Below are positions 8,694-17,454 of a stretch of DNA of 64,000 nucleotides, one piece after another. Position 1 is the stretch's first letter; each line of letters begins with the position of its first letter. Location: IMG/VR virus record IMGVR_UViG_3300044980_000010, positions 39,947 through 103,946 of that record, one strand, 5' to 3'. The stretch comes from a virus. A program made the position numbers and the translations under genes. Below the pieces are notes generated by a model. The model did not search any database, had not been told where the DNA came from, and saw nothing but the letters and a program-made list of their open reading frames with translations.

Positions 8694-9550
8694 TAATCGA
8701 CCCTCTCTTCAAAGGAACCGCCCTCAGCAACGAAGGGCTGGACAAGGCAGTGGGCATCGGGGAAGCCTTCACGAAGCTGCTGCAAGTGCTGGACGAAGTT
8801 TGTCCAAAGAGCCGCGAGTTCTCCATCGCTCGCACCAAACTGGAAGAGGCTTCGTTCTACGCAAAGAAATCTCTCACCAACTACGAAGGCAACCGCCAAC
8901 CGTTGCCAGAAGGGAACTCTAACGTGGGATTCACTATCGAGTTCTCATACAACGACGCGCCTTTCACGGCATCCAGCAATGACTCTCTCACCACAAACGG
9001 AGAGAGTCTGGATAACGTGGTATTCCAAGATCGCGCAGCAGCGGAGAAAGAAGCAACTCTGCAAGAACACCAGATGGGAATACGCTACAAATACTGGGTG
9101 GTGAGCACTGGCATTACAGTTGCGCCTAGCACTGGTCTTAAAGTTGTGCCTCGCACTGCGATCTACGACGCCATTACCAAAGAAGATCAGTACGCGCAGG
9201 GCTGGGCAAAGGGCAAGCGCAGCGTGGATGGCACCGTGCCGGACCACCTCGTATCTCGCCAGACAGGCCAGCCGTTCTCTTCCATGGAGTGGGTTATCTT
9301 CGCAGAGAAGTACCTCAACGAAGCAAAGACGGCCTACGCAAACTTCCTGCCTGACATGAACGTGGTCAACATCCGTCTCCTCAAGGCAGCATCACTGCTA
9401 GTCAGTGCATTGCAGTGTTCTGCCTCCCAACAGGATTTGGACAAGATCGCGGGTGTGTCGAGCACTGGGTTCCCCATTCAACATGGAGGACTCTCCGCAT
9501 TCAAACAGTACGCGAAAGACAATCCAGAGTTCGCAGGAGACCGAGCATGA
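8690..9550 (+). CDS. Multidomain protein: Acb2/Tad1-like hairpin N-terminus plus MazG-like helical C-terminus
   Basis: CPKSREFSIARTKLEEASFYA resembles the Tad1/Acb2 hairpin; EWVIFAEKYLNEA...LLKAASLLVSAL. Confidence 0.55.
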   Translation: MIIDPLFKGTALSNEGLDKAVGIGEAFTKLLQVLDEVCPKSREFSIARTKLEEASFYAKKSLTNYEGNRQPLPEGNSNVGFTIEFSYNDAPFTASSNDSLTTNGESLDNVVFQDRAAAEKEATLQEHQMGIRYKYWVVSTGITVAPSTGLKVVPRTAIYDAITKEDQYAQGWAKGKRSVDGTVPDHLVSRQTGQPFSSMEWVIFAEKYLNEAKTAYANFLPDMNVVNIRLLKAASLLVSALQCSASQQDLDKIAGVSSTGFPIQHGGLSAFKQYAKDNPEFAGDRA

Positions 9551-10377
9551 GCGACGGAATAAAGACCATAGCATTTGACGAAGCCAGCAACTTTGCTTGC
9601 ACCGCTGCCGAAGAAGTTCGCGGCAAGCTGGTAGTGGGTGAGCCGGAGCAGGAAGAACTGACCATGGAAGAGGATGTCGTCGATGACTTCCTAACTCTGG
9701 AGAGCGACGGAGAGAAGCTGGTACTGGAGGCCGGGGATCAGCAACTGGTCCTAGCCGATTCCGAGTTCCACTCCAAACGCGACATCCGTGAGTTTGCAGA
9801 CGACGTTCGCAACGTGCTCGAATCGCTGGCGTACTCAGTGACCGAGCGCCTACGTCAGCGCATCAGTGCCGAGCGCCGGGAAGAGCAGGCGAAGAACCTC
9901 AGATTCCTGAAGTTCATGCGAAACGTTTACAAAGCGTTAACGGAGAACTCCATTGCAGCAGCACAGAAGAAGGCCCAGTTCAAGTTCGACTTCTTGACCA
10001 AGGTTGCCTCCTCGGCTTTGACTTCGCTCCGGCAGGAGTTGGAAGGTCTGAAGAACGCGCTGGCATCCGAGCGGCAAGAAGTGCGGCGTCTGCTGAACGT
10101 CATCAGCGAGAACAAGCGACCAGCGATCTACCTGATTGCTGAGGAACCATTCATGGGAGTTCGTCAGCCGGGATGGGTTGTGATCGACGCCACATGGAAG
10201 CGCGGCCCAATGCACCTGAACGAGAGCGGTTACTTGGCGACCGCCTCAGAGGACTTCAAGCCAACGGTGTTCTACAAGGAAGAAGACGCCCTGAAAGCCA
10301 TCGAGGACACGCGGAACTTCAACAACGGTTCGCACACGTGGAGCAACAACGTGTACTTCGCCGTCCAGATGGTGTAG
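9547..10377 (+). CDS. Acidic/coiled-coil hypothetical protein
   Basis: AGGAG RBS, ATGA overlap. Confidence 0.6.
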   Translation: MSDGIKTIAFDEASNFACTAAEEVRGKLVVGEPEQEELTMEEDVVDDFLTLESDGEKLVLEAGDQQLVLADSEFHSKRDIREFADDVRNVLESLAYSVTERLRQRISAERREEQAKNLRFLKFMRNVYKALTENSIAAAQKKAQFKFDFLTKVASSALTSLRQELEGLKNALASERQEVRRLLNVISENKRPAIYLIAEEPFMGVRQPGWVVIDATWKRGPMHLNESGYLATASEDFKPTVFYKEEDALKAIEDTRNFNNGSHTWSNNVYFAVQMV

Positions 10378-10404
10378 TCAAGTTTTCTTGCAAATAAACT
10401 GGAC

Positions 10405-10455
10405 AAAAAAAATAGCCCCACCGATTCCCGAAAGGGAGTTGGTGGGGCTTTTCTT
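10405..10455. terminator. Bidirectional intrinsic terminator between the converging arms
   Basis: AGCCCCACCGATTCCC-GAAA-GGGAGTTGGTGGGGCT flanked by an A tract and a T tract. Confidence 0.9.
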
Positions 10456-10804
10456 ATTTCCGCATCATTTCTTTGTACCACTGTGGAGGCCACGTGCCGA
10501 AGTGTTCCTGCTTCCAGTCATACAACCATGAAGTGGGATCGTTGGCTTCTACGTAGCGGAACCAGTCGTGGTGATCCAGTCCTTGCCAAGTCTGATGGCC
10601 GTCGCGGTTCCACGAATAGACCTCGTTGTGGGCGCACTGCAAACGGTGTGGGAGAACCACGTCGAACTCTTCAGTGTGAAGAGCGATGTGGAGGGCTTGG
10701 CGGTGAGCACGGCGTACGCCACGGGCTGCAAGGGTCTTGTCGTACTGTGCTGAGTTGTTGCCGCAGATCGCGGCGAAGGGTTGGTGCTTGTAGCTTCTGC
10801 TCAT
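10454..10804 (-). CDS. Hypothetical protein (MSRSYK.. basic N-terminus)
   Basis: AAGGAG RBS; ends at the terminator. Confidence 0.65.
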   Translation of the reverse strand: MSRSYKHQPFAAICGNNSAQYDKTLAARGVRRAHRQALHIALHTEEFDVVLPHRLQCAHNEVYSWNRDGHQTWQGLDHHDWFRYVEANDPTSWLYDWKQEHFGTWPPQWYKEMMRK

Positions 10805-10894
10805 GTGACTCCTTAGAAAATCTAAAGTGTCATTGTGAGCCTCCTGTTCTGTCTGCTACGCGAACCTTTAATAACGATTCGCCTTATTAAAGTT

Positions 10895-10972
10895 TGGTTG
10901 CGGTGGAAGGATTTGAACCTCCGTGATCAGGTTATGGGCCTGCGCTGGAACCGGACTCCAGTCTACACCGCA
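10895..10972 (-). tRNA. tRNA-Met(CAT), atypical C33
   Basis: TGCGGTG/CACCGCA acceptor, loop CCCATAA, GTTCAAATC, CCA. Confidence 0.8.
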
Positions 10973-10975
10973 TCA

Positions 10976-11053
10976 TGGTCAGGATGGCAGGATTTGAACC
11001 TGCGACCACTCGCATCCGAGGCGAGGACTCTGGCCAGACTGAGCTACATCCTG
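10976..11053 (-). tRNA. tRNA-Pro(CGG)
   Basis: Cloverleaf, CTCGC-CTCGGAT-GCGAG, C1-G72, A73, CCA. Confidence 0.9.
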
Positions 11054-11068
11054 TTGTTGAAAAAAAAA

Positions 11069-11144
11069 TGGTAGGCATGGATGGGATCGAACCACCAACC
11101 AGTGGAATCAGAGTCCACCGTTCTGCCAGTTGAACTACATGCCT
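11069..11144 (-). tRNA. tRNA-Gln(CTG)
   Basis: GTGGA-CTCTGAT-TCCAC, CCA. Confidence 0.85.
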
Positions 11145-11145
11145 G

Positions 11146-11221
11146 TGGTGGGGATGGATGGAATCGAACCACCGACGCGCAGCTTTTCAGACTGCCGCTC
11201 TACCAACTGAGCTACATCCCC
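11146..11221 (-). tRNA. tRNA-Phe(GAA)
   Basis: GCAGT-CTGAAAA-GCTGC, CCA. Confidence 0.92.
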
Positions 11222-11228
11222 GTGTTGC

Positions 11229-11606
11229 TTAGGAAACTTCCTGTGCCGATGTGACGTTGCCTGCGGCAGTGCTGATGCTGTTGCCGGACGTTGCCAGCTT
11301 AACAGTAAGTGTTGCGTTCTGGCCGGAGCCACTGATGGCGGTGACCACGCCGATTGCTGTGACCTGATTCCCGACAGCACCGTAGGACTTTCCGTCGATG
11401 CTCACTGCAACGTGGTTTGCGTCCGCCTGATGTTCGTTGGTGTAGGCGTCGTTAGCTTGGATGTTGAAGGTGCTCGCATCGAACGGTGCCTGTACAGTGA
11501 CTGTTGCTTTCGATCCCGTGCCGGACACGGACGATACTCTTGCTGTGATGGAGACGCTATCATTGACAGCGACCGTGGAGCCGTTCTTGTTGATTCCTGT
11601 GCTCAT
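11229..11606 (-). CDS. Small beta-rich protein with two SH3/KOW-like repeats
   Basis: NKNGSTVAVNDSV...V / SIDGKSYGAVGNQV...V repeats; inside the tRNA cluster. Confidence 0.65.
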   Translation of the reverse strand: MSTGINKNGSTVAVNDSVSITARVSSVSGTGSKATVTVQAPFDASTFNIQANDAYTNEHQADANHVAVSIDGKSYGAVGNQVTAIGVVTAISGSGQNATLTVKLATSGNSISTAAGNVTSAQEVS

Positions 11607-11624
11607 GTGTTGATCCTTTCAAAA

Positions 11625-11698
11625 TGGCACCCGAGGTTGGACTTGAACCAACAACGCAGCGTTTTGGAGACGCGCAGTTTGCTTGAGCCTACTCGGGC
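11625..11698 (-). tRNA. tRNA-Trp(CCA), irregular D-arm
   Basis: GCGT-CTCCAAA-ACGC, G73, CCA. Confidence 0.75.
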
Positions 11699-11708
11699 AA
11701 AACTTTTA

Positions 11709-11785
11709 TGGAGCGACCGGAGAGATTTGAACTCTCGACCTTCCCCATGGCAAGGGGACGCTCTACCAGACTGAGCTACGGTCGC
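11709..11785 (-). tRNA. tRNA-Gly(GCC)
   Basis: TCCCC-TTGCCAT-GGGGA, U73, CCA. Confidence 0.92.
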
Positions 11786-11864
11786 GGGGTGACGTGTGGA
11801 AGTCGAATCCACCAGAACTGGGTTCACAAGCCAGTGCAACAGTTCCCAGAGTTGCCAACGTCAC
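11786..11864 (-). tRNA. tRNA-His(GTG), no encoded G-1 and incomplete CCA
   Basis: GTGACGT/ACGTCAC acceptor, loop TTGTGAA, C73; abuts tRNA-Gly. Confidence 0.7.
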
Positions 11865-11902
11865 AGTTGGTGCGCCTGTCCGGCGCGAAGCGTCTCAAAA
11901 CG

Positions 11903-11931
11903 AGATTAAATAAGTCCTTTGTTTTCAACAA
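11903..11931 (-). promoter_or_regulatory. Possible weak sigma70 promoter for the tRNA cluster
   Basis: TTGTTG-17-TAATCT just downstream of a terminator. Confidence 0.3.
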
Positions 11932-11978
11932 ACCCTCATTGCGAGCGTTTGGTGGCGTTTTGGAGGGACTTTGGCTCC

Positions 11979-12025
11979 AAACAAGGAAAGCCCCATGCGG
12001 AGGCTAAACCTCTCTGCACGGGGCT
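11979..12025 (-). terminator. Intrinsic terminator
   Basis: AGCCCCGTGC...GCATGGGGCT followed by TTCCTTGTTT. Confidence 0.7.
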
Positions 12026-12047
12026 GGAATGTGGCCTAGCGTTAGGG

Positions 12048-12356
12048 TTATTCTATGGTGCCGATTGGGAATGGAGGCTCGTATTCCACATAAGTTGGAG
12101 CCACCCAAGCAAAGATGTCCTGACGGCCAGCATCACGGGCACTCTTGTTCCTGTAGATCGCGCCGGACGGGCTGACGGGTGCAGTCCTGACTTCCACACG
12201 CTTTACCACGGAACCTTTGACTATGATGAGATCGCAGCTTGCATCTGGCGAGACTGCACGGAACACTTCCCAGCCTCTCGCCATAAGATCGACACATGCA
12301 CGAAGTTCGCTCACTGCACCTGTCGTGCTTGTGTGTTTACGTTCTGGCATCTTCAT
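12048..12356 (-). CDS. PD-(D/E)XK endonuclease (homing-type)
   Basis: GAVSELRACVDL..GWEV...CDLII...RVEVRT. Confidence 0.7.
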   Translation of the reverse strand: MKMPERKHTSTTGAVSELRACVDLMARGWEVFRAVSPDASCDLIIVKGSVVKRVEVRTAPVSPSGAIYRNKSARDAGRQDIFAWVAPTYVEYEPPFPIGTIE

Positions 12357-12360
12357 TTGA

Positions 12361-13110
12361 TCACAGCCCTGTCTCTGTCTTGATGAACTGACGAGATACA
12401 AACCCTGCGACGTAGCCAATGATGAACCATCGGCGTTTAGAGCGCCTTGCCTCGGCCTTGACCGTGGCGATCTGCGCGGTGCATACCTTGGCGTCATCCA
12501 CAGCCTTCGCCTGAAGGCCCGTGATGAGCACGTCGCGGTCGGAGACCTGTTGGCCTTCTGCCGCAAGCAGGCTCTGTGCATTCTTCAGTTCTTCGGTCTC
12601 GGCGGTGAGTTGCTGCTGGAGCACTGGAGCCTTCTCCAGTTCTACCACTGTGGCAACCGCTCCGCTGTCCGGTAAAGTGACTTGTCCATTAGCCGAGGAC
12701 GCGCTCGCTTCGGGAACAAGCGTGTTCCAACGTTGCGTCAGTTCGGTGGGCGTCAGTGTTTTGTCCACCTGCTGTTGCTTGGAGAGCGCCGTCACCAGCG
12801 TAACCTGTAACTGTTGAAGCTGTGCATCACGCGCTTCGATCTTCGCGTTAAGCGCCGCCGTATCCGCGTCGTGCTGGGCAATCAACTTCGCGGTGGCATC
12901 GTTCTTCTCTTGCTGGACCTGTGCGACGATCTGGGCTTGCTGCGTCATAGCGCGGTCATGGTTAATCAGCAAGGTGTCTACCTTACCGAGGGCGAACCAC
13001 AGGATGAGACCAGCAAAGAACGTAAGAACCAGTCTCTCATGTGCTTTCAAATAAACGCTGATCGGGTGCAGCGAGGACACAATAGGTTGTGGTGTTGGCG
13101 TGGTGCTCAT
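12361..13110 (-). CDS. Spanin-like protein (N-terminal TM, long coiled coil, C-terminal hydrophobic helix)
   Basis: TM LVLTFFAGLILWFALG; Q/A-rich coiled coil; RRWFIIGYVAGF. Confidence 0.5.
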   Translation of the reverse strand: MSTTPTPQPIVSSLHPISVYLKAHERLVLTFFAGLILWFALGKVDTLLINHDRAMTQQAQIVAQVQQEKNDATAKLIAQHDADTAALNAKIEARDAQLQQLQVTLVTALSKQQQVDKTLTPTELTQRWNTLVPEASASSANGQVTLPDSGAVATVVELEKAPVLQQQLTAETEELKNAQSLLAAEGQQVSDRDVLITGLQAKAVDDAKVCTAQIATVKAEARRSKRRWFIIGYVAGFVSRQFIKTETGL

Positions 13111-13514
13111 TTGTTCTCCTTTACAAGTTCAAACATCAGTTCGACGGTTCGCGGATATTCAAAACCAATCTGCTCAAGTCTTCCCTTGCGAGCATTGCAG
13201 CTTTTGTCTCTGCTTCCCTCTTTCATTCCACAGCACGCTACTACGTTGTTCATTGTGTAGCCTTGGTGGTGATCGAGGCGATCTAGGTTGTATCCAAACT
13301 CCGACAATGGACCGGAGCAGTAGTAGCACACTGGGTGTTTCAACATGAAGAACTCGTAGTCCTCCATGGAGATTTCTAGCAGTCTTCCATCGCGTCTTGC
13401 TGCACGCTTCAGTTGTGCATACCTGCCGGGAAATGATCTGCGATACTTTGCAACTACGTCGGGATTTGCGTCCCTCCATTTCCTAGCGTAACTTGCTCCG
13501 AGTCCTTTGCCCAT
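13107..13514 (-). CDS. HNH homing endonuclease, paralog of 4151-4615
   Basis: CYYC..LDRLDHHQGYTMNNVVACC; shared tail KGRLE.IGF..PRTV.LM.EL. Confidence 0.85.
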   Translation of the reverse strand: MGKGLGASYARKWRDANPDVVAKYRRSFPGRYAQLKRAARRDGRLLEISMEDYEFFMLKHPVCYYCSGPLSEFGYNLDRLDHHQGYTMNNVVACCGMKEGSRDKSCNARKGRLEQIGFEYPRTVELMFELVKENK

Positions 13515-13523
13515 CTGAGTCTC

Positions 13524-14270
13524 CTAGTTGAATAAATCGAAAAAGCTGTGCGGTATTTTCTTAGGTTCCGGTTCTGTCTCACTCAGTGAGGCGTCACCTT
13601 TACCCACCGCGACGGCTGTGAGTTGTGTTGCGGTGAAGTTCACATCGAAGCTAGCACTAAGCCAGTTGTCGTCCTTTGGACCCCCGACCATGTACGTCGT
13701 GACCGCGATGATCCGTCCATCTTCTCCGTAGATAGCAGAGCCGCTGTCGCCGGGGATCACATGGATGGTGTAGTACACCAAGCCGTCCGCTTGATCCACT
13801 TCGCTGACATCTTGCACTGCAAACGACCTGTACCCTTCTTTGTACTGCGGAGGGTATGCACCACCACCAGAGCCGTAGAGGTAAACGTGCTCGAACGTCC
13901 CGGCTGGATGCGCTCCCGGCTGCAACGGTACGAAGTTGTGAAACTCCTGACCGTCCACGATGTAGATCACGTGGTCTCTACCGTCGATTGTTTTCGACAG
14001 CAGGTGGAACTTCTTCATAGAGAGATCGAGAGTGACCGTGGTGAGGTCAGACTCATTGCAGTGTGCTGCTGTGAGTAGAGCATGTGGTCCTACTGCTGTA
14101 GCTGTGCATTGTCCATCTGGAAACTTGATGCGGTGCTCTGCTCTCTGCTGGATCGTGATTGGGCGTTGAACTGCTACTGACTGAATGGGTCTGTGCTTAA
14201 CAGTGCCCACAACAAGGAGCGTAGCTGCTACAAAGAGCAGTGCGGTCCTGAGGAACTTCTTGAACTGCAT
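13524..14270 (-). CDS. Trypsin-like serine protease with signal/TM N-terminus
   Basis: LLTAAHC, DHVIY, GDSGS triad motifs. Confidence 0.85.
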   Translation of the reverse strand: MQFKKFLRTALLFVAATLLVVGTVKHRPIQSVAVQRPITIQQRAEHRIKFPDGQCTATAVGPHALLTAAHCNESDLTTVTLDLSMKKFHLLSKTIDGRDHVIYIVDGQEFHNFVPLQPGAHPAGTFEHVYLYGSGGGAYPPQYKEGYRSFAVQDVSEVDQADGLVYYTIHVIPGDSGSAIYGEDGRIIAVTTYMVGGPKDDNWLSASFDVNFTATQLTAVAVGKGDASLSETEPEPKKIPHSFFDLFN

Positions 14271-14441
14271 GGTGTAACCCCGGAAGCCGCTCAGTCCAGA
14301 GCACAACGGCTTCGGCCACGTCCGCGTTAAGCGGCCCTCTGTTCGTGGTCTAACGAAAGTCAAAGGCTCACCCGTCTCCGTCTGGGGTGAGCCGAAAGGC
14401 CGTAGAAGGTGGGAAAGGTTAACCACCAACGGAAAGCCATG

Positions 14442-14460
14442 CGTCCCCAACTTGGGGACG
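14442..14460. repeat. 19-bp palindrome, copy 1
   Basis: CGTCCCCAACTTGGGGACG, identical at 60884-60902. Confidence 0.85.
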
Positions 14461-14462
14461 GA

Positions 14463-15164
14463 TTACTGCTTGTTACATCCAAACGGGAAGTTGGTCATCA
14501 GTTCGTCGAACGCTGTGACTGCACCTTCCTTGAACTCTTCCAGTGTGCCGTTGTTTTCGAGGATGATGCTCCAGTCCTCAGGCGACGTGTCTGCAAGAGC
14601 CGTTTCCGAGGCATGCGTACTTGGCGGAAGGCCATCGCGCTGCACAAGGACAGTTTCTCCGTACTGCTTCACAAACGCCATCTCGTTCGGAAAGCGCATA
14701 TCCGTGATTAAAGCAATCTGCGGCTTCTCCAGTTCGATGCGCTGGGCCAGTTGCCGCACCCAGTAGTCTGTGTCGATGCTGCGACGATACTCGGTGCCCC
14801 ACCATTGGAGCAAAGGCCGCTGTTTGCCGAGAGGGTATTGTTCATTGAATTCTGGATTCTCATCCAGCACTACCCATTCCGGCAGTTCAATCAAGTTCTC
14901 ATTCGCCTGCACAAAGTGCGTAGGGCGATTTGCAACAAGAAGACTGAACGCGCCACCTGCTCTCGCAAGGGCACCGTCCACTTCTTTACGCAGTGCGTCT
15001 GCAAAGGAGTACTTGCGGATGTCGTAACGATCCACAGTGTTGAGCGTAAGACCTAAACCATCCACTGAGTACGTCAAACCGCGCTGCTTAATGATCTCGG
15101 CAACGGCTGTGTCCTTTCCGCTTCTCGCTCTGTAGCCGAACCCAAATACTACCGAATCTATCAC
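14463..15164 (-). CDS. Deoxynucleoside monophosphate kinase (T4 gp1-like)
   Basis: GYRARSGKDT, SFADALR, RPLLQWWGTE, ITDMRFPNE, HASE. Confidence 0.9.
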   Translation of the reverse strand: MIDSVVFGFGYRARSGKDTAVAEIIKQRGLTYSVDGLGLTLNTVDRYDIRKYSFADALRKEVDGALARAGGAFSLLVANRPTHFVQANENLIELPEWVVLDENPEFNEQYPLGKQRPLLQWWGTEYRRSIDTDYWVRQLAQRIELEKPQIALITDMRFPNEMAFVKQYGETVLVQRDGLPPSTHASETALADTSPEDWSIILENNGTLEEFKEGAVTAFDELMTNFPFGCNKQ

Positions 15165-15559
15165 TGAGTCTTCCTCCGTTTATGTGGGCAGTAGCCGTAT
15201 AGACCGCGTGCCGAGTTGCAATTGTGACACAACACACGGAAACCTTTTGGGTAACCGTTGCGTTTTAACCAGAACAAAAACTTAGAACCATAAGCATTGA
15301 GTTTCTTTCTATGCTTGTTGCCGCCTTTAATGTGGTCGAAGCACAGGAACTCATACCTTGGCTCACCACAGCACTTGCATTTATTTCCATAGTGTTTAAG
15401 AACCTCTGTTCTTATCCTACGGAGATATTTTGCATCATAGTGTGGATGGCGTTTACGAAAGCGAGCACGCTTGGCTACTAGTTTCTTCCTGTTCTTTTCC
15501 CAGTACTTCTTTTGGGCTTTTGCCATTGCTTTGGGGTGGAGTTTCTTCCACGCTCGCAT
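15161..15559 (-). CDS. HNH endonuclease (true start possibly GTG 15620 with a frameshift)
   Basis: YGNKCKCCGE...FDHI...RVLCHNCN. Confidence 0.8.
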   Translation of the reverse strand: MRAWKKLHPKAMAKAQKKYWEKNRKKLVAKRARFRKRHPHYDAKYLRRIRTEVLKHYGNKCKCCGEPRYEFLCFDHIKGGNKHRKKLNAYGSKFLFWLKRNGYPKGFRVLCHNCNSARGLYGYCPHKRRKTQ

Positions 15560-15616
15560 ATACGCATTGATTCGTGCTTTGTTCTTCTTGCGATATTTTA
15601 AGGTATGCCTTGCGGC

Positions 15617-15790
15617 TCACCGCAGTGTAACCTTTCCAAGCCGCTTCATCTCGGCGTTGAGTTGGTCTTTCGTTAAGCCGTAGTTGCCGGACTTGAACAA
15701 TGCCACGCCGGGGACCACGACCTCTCCCAGTCCGTACGTATAGGCTACGTCGGACTGGGTGCGGATGATGTATTCCTGTTGTTCGCTCAT
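15617..15790 (-). CDS. 57-aa hypothetical protein
   Basis: ATGA overlap with the upstream gene, GGAG RBS. Confidence 0.5.
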   Translation of the reverse strand: MSEQQEYIIRTQSDVAYTYGLGEVVVPGVALFKSGNYGLTKDQLNAEMKRLGKVTLR

Positions 15791-17448
15791 GCTCTCCATT
15801 TGCCGTTCTTCATAGTAACCACTGTGCGCTGCCCGTTTGGGTACTGAATCACGTGACTCCACGACCAGCTTGAAGGCCCCATCGTATAGTCCCAGTCCTG
15901 TGTCAGCTTTGTGGAAGTTCCCGCCACGAAAAGTCCGTGATAGATTCCTGCTGCATGGGTGTGGGCTGTGGTAGCTTTCTTTCCTATTTTTGAAAGACTT
16001 GCTGGGTTGCCGAACATACCGTTCGGACCAAGATGGCCATGACAGCCTAACTCTACTTCACCCACTGTGAAGGACTCATCAGGCAGCAAGAACGCTACTG
16101 CTCCCGGCTTCATTCCCGCTTCCTTCTCCATCACAAACTTCACGAGGTTCACGTTCTTAGCGGACTTCATCTTCTTCAGTTCTTTGAACATGAAGGTCTG
16201 CATACGTAAGAACACTTCGGTGTTTGGTGGATCGACGCGGTAGTCGTACTCTTGCAACCATGCCTTCAACCACGCACGGTCGTGATTCGCGTCTGGGGCG
16301 ACGGTCTTGCACCATGGACGAAGATACTGCTCAAGAACTTCTCTCGTGCGCTTGAACTCTTCCTCCACCCTGTGCAACCCACGCAGCCAGACAGTGAACT
16401 TCTCGTGGATGGCTTTGTGCTTCCGGTTGTGTCTGTTGAAGCCTGCCCCTTCAAAAAGATCATGGAGGAACTGGTACTCAGGTCTGAGTGCGTCCAACAT
16501 TTGCACAGATGCTTCTACCACTGCGGGGTGTGACATTGTTGCGTGCAGATCACCCCAAGTGATCGCAGAGACTCGGGCATCAGTTGCCACGACTTCTCCG
16601 TCTTTGATGCGAACATTCAAGTCTTGAATCTCTTTGCCGTTTTTCCTTGCGGCGACTTGTCGCACCCACCAGTTGCCGTCTGCATCGACCTCTACAACGA
16701 GGCACGCATAGCGGTGATGGTGTTCAGCTTTGATTCCCAGTTTCTTTTGCAGGTAGTTCATCAGTGTGACTGCGCCCGTCGTGTAGATCATCTTCACTGG
16801 AGTTCCCGGCATGGTTGCAATGGACCGCATCTCAATCTTCGTGTGAGGGAAGATAATGCTTGATGCGCCTTCATAGGTCTCCAGACCTGAGATCGGGTTG
16901 TCTTCCGTAGGAAGGATGTTCATGTTGCCACACCACTTCAACCCCGGTGCCAACTCCCGGCGTGCGTCACTGATGTAAGGCTTGATCGCTGGGTCAAACC
17001 ACAGTTCATCCTCGTACGGCCTCTTCGTGCCGTTCTTGACGGCCAAGTTTCCAAAGTTGTTCTGGTTGTACGAGAAGGTTCCCACCAGAATCTTTGCGTC
17101 GTAATACTTCGACAAGGCCAAGACGTTTTTCCAAAAATCTTCATGGACAAACGTGTTGTTCTGAGCAGAGGTCAGAATGTATCTCTTCACTCCCCCAGAG
17201 TTCGGTAACGTTTCTTTGATTTCAGCCGCACGTTGCTTACCGCCTGCAATGGGCTTTTTGATGCCCAGCTTTTGGAGGTGGTGCCACACAGTGCTGCGAG
17301 CCAGCCCTGCGGCTCTCGCAATCTCCGGCACTTTGCCAGCATACCGATCATACAGTTCGGCCACCTTCTTGCGTTGTTCCTCGCCGTGCTGCTGGTGCTT
17401 ACTCTTCTTTTCCTGCTTCATCGCGTCCTTAAAGTTGAGATATGCCAC
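15787..17448 (-). CDS. T5 A1-like metallophosphoesterase/nuclease with N-terminal HTH
   Basis: TSAQNNT, NILPT, TTGAVT..NY, WGDLH, NHD, HGHLGPNG, HTH, GPSSW..SH..YPNGQRT, collinear with T5 A1 as recalled. Confidence 0.8.
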   Translation of the reverse strand: MAYLNFKDAMKQEKKSKHQQHGEEQRKKVAELYDRYAGKVPEIARAAGLARSTVWHHLQKLGIKKPIAGGKQRAAEIKETLPNSGGVKRYILTSAQNNTFVHEDFWKNVLALSKYYDAKILVGTFSYNQNNFGNLAVKNGTKRPYEDELWFDPAIKPYISDARRELAPGLKWCGNMNILPTEDNPISGLETYEGASSIIFPHTKIEMRSIATMPGTPVKMIYTTGAVTLMNYLQKKLGIKAEHHHRYACLVVEVDADGNWWVRQVAARKNGKEIQDLNVRIKDGEVVATDARVSAITWGDLHATMSHPAVVEASVQMLDALRPEYQFLHDLFEGAGFNRHNRKHKAIHEKFTVWLRGLHRVEEEFKRTREVLEQYLRPWCKTVAPDANHDRAWLKAWLQEYDYRVDPPNTEVFLRMQTFMFKELKKMKSAKNVNLVKFVMEKEAGMKPGAVAFLLPDESFTVGEVELGCHGHLGPNGMFGNPASLSKIGKKATTAHTHAAGIYHGLFVAGTSTKLTQDWDYTMGPSSWSWSHVIQYPNGQRTVVTMKNGKWRA

Positions 17449-17454
17449 GTGTTG

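Noticed and set aside
11868-11890. tRNA-like 3' end (CAGGCGCACCA)
   Set aside because: No matching 5' acceptor strand or T loop; only a short hairpin
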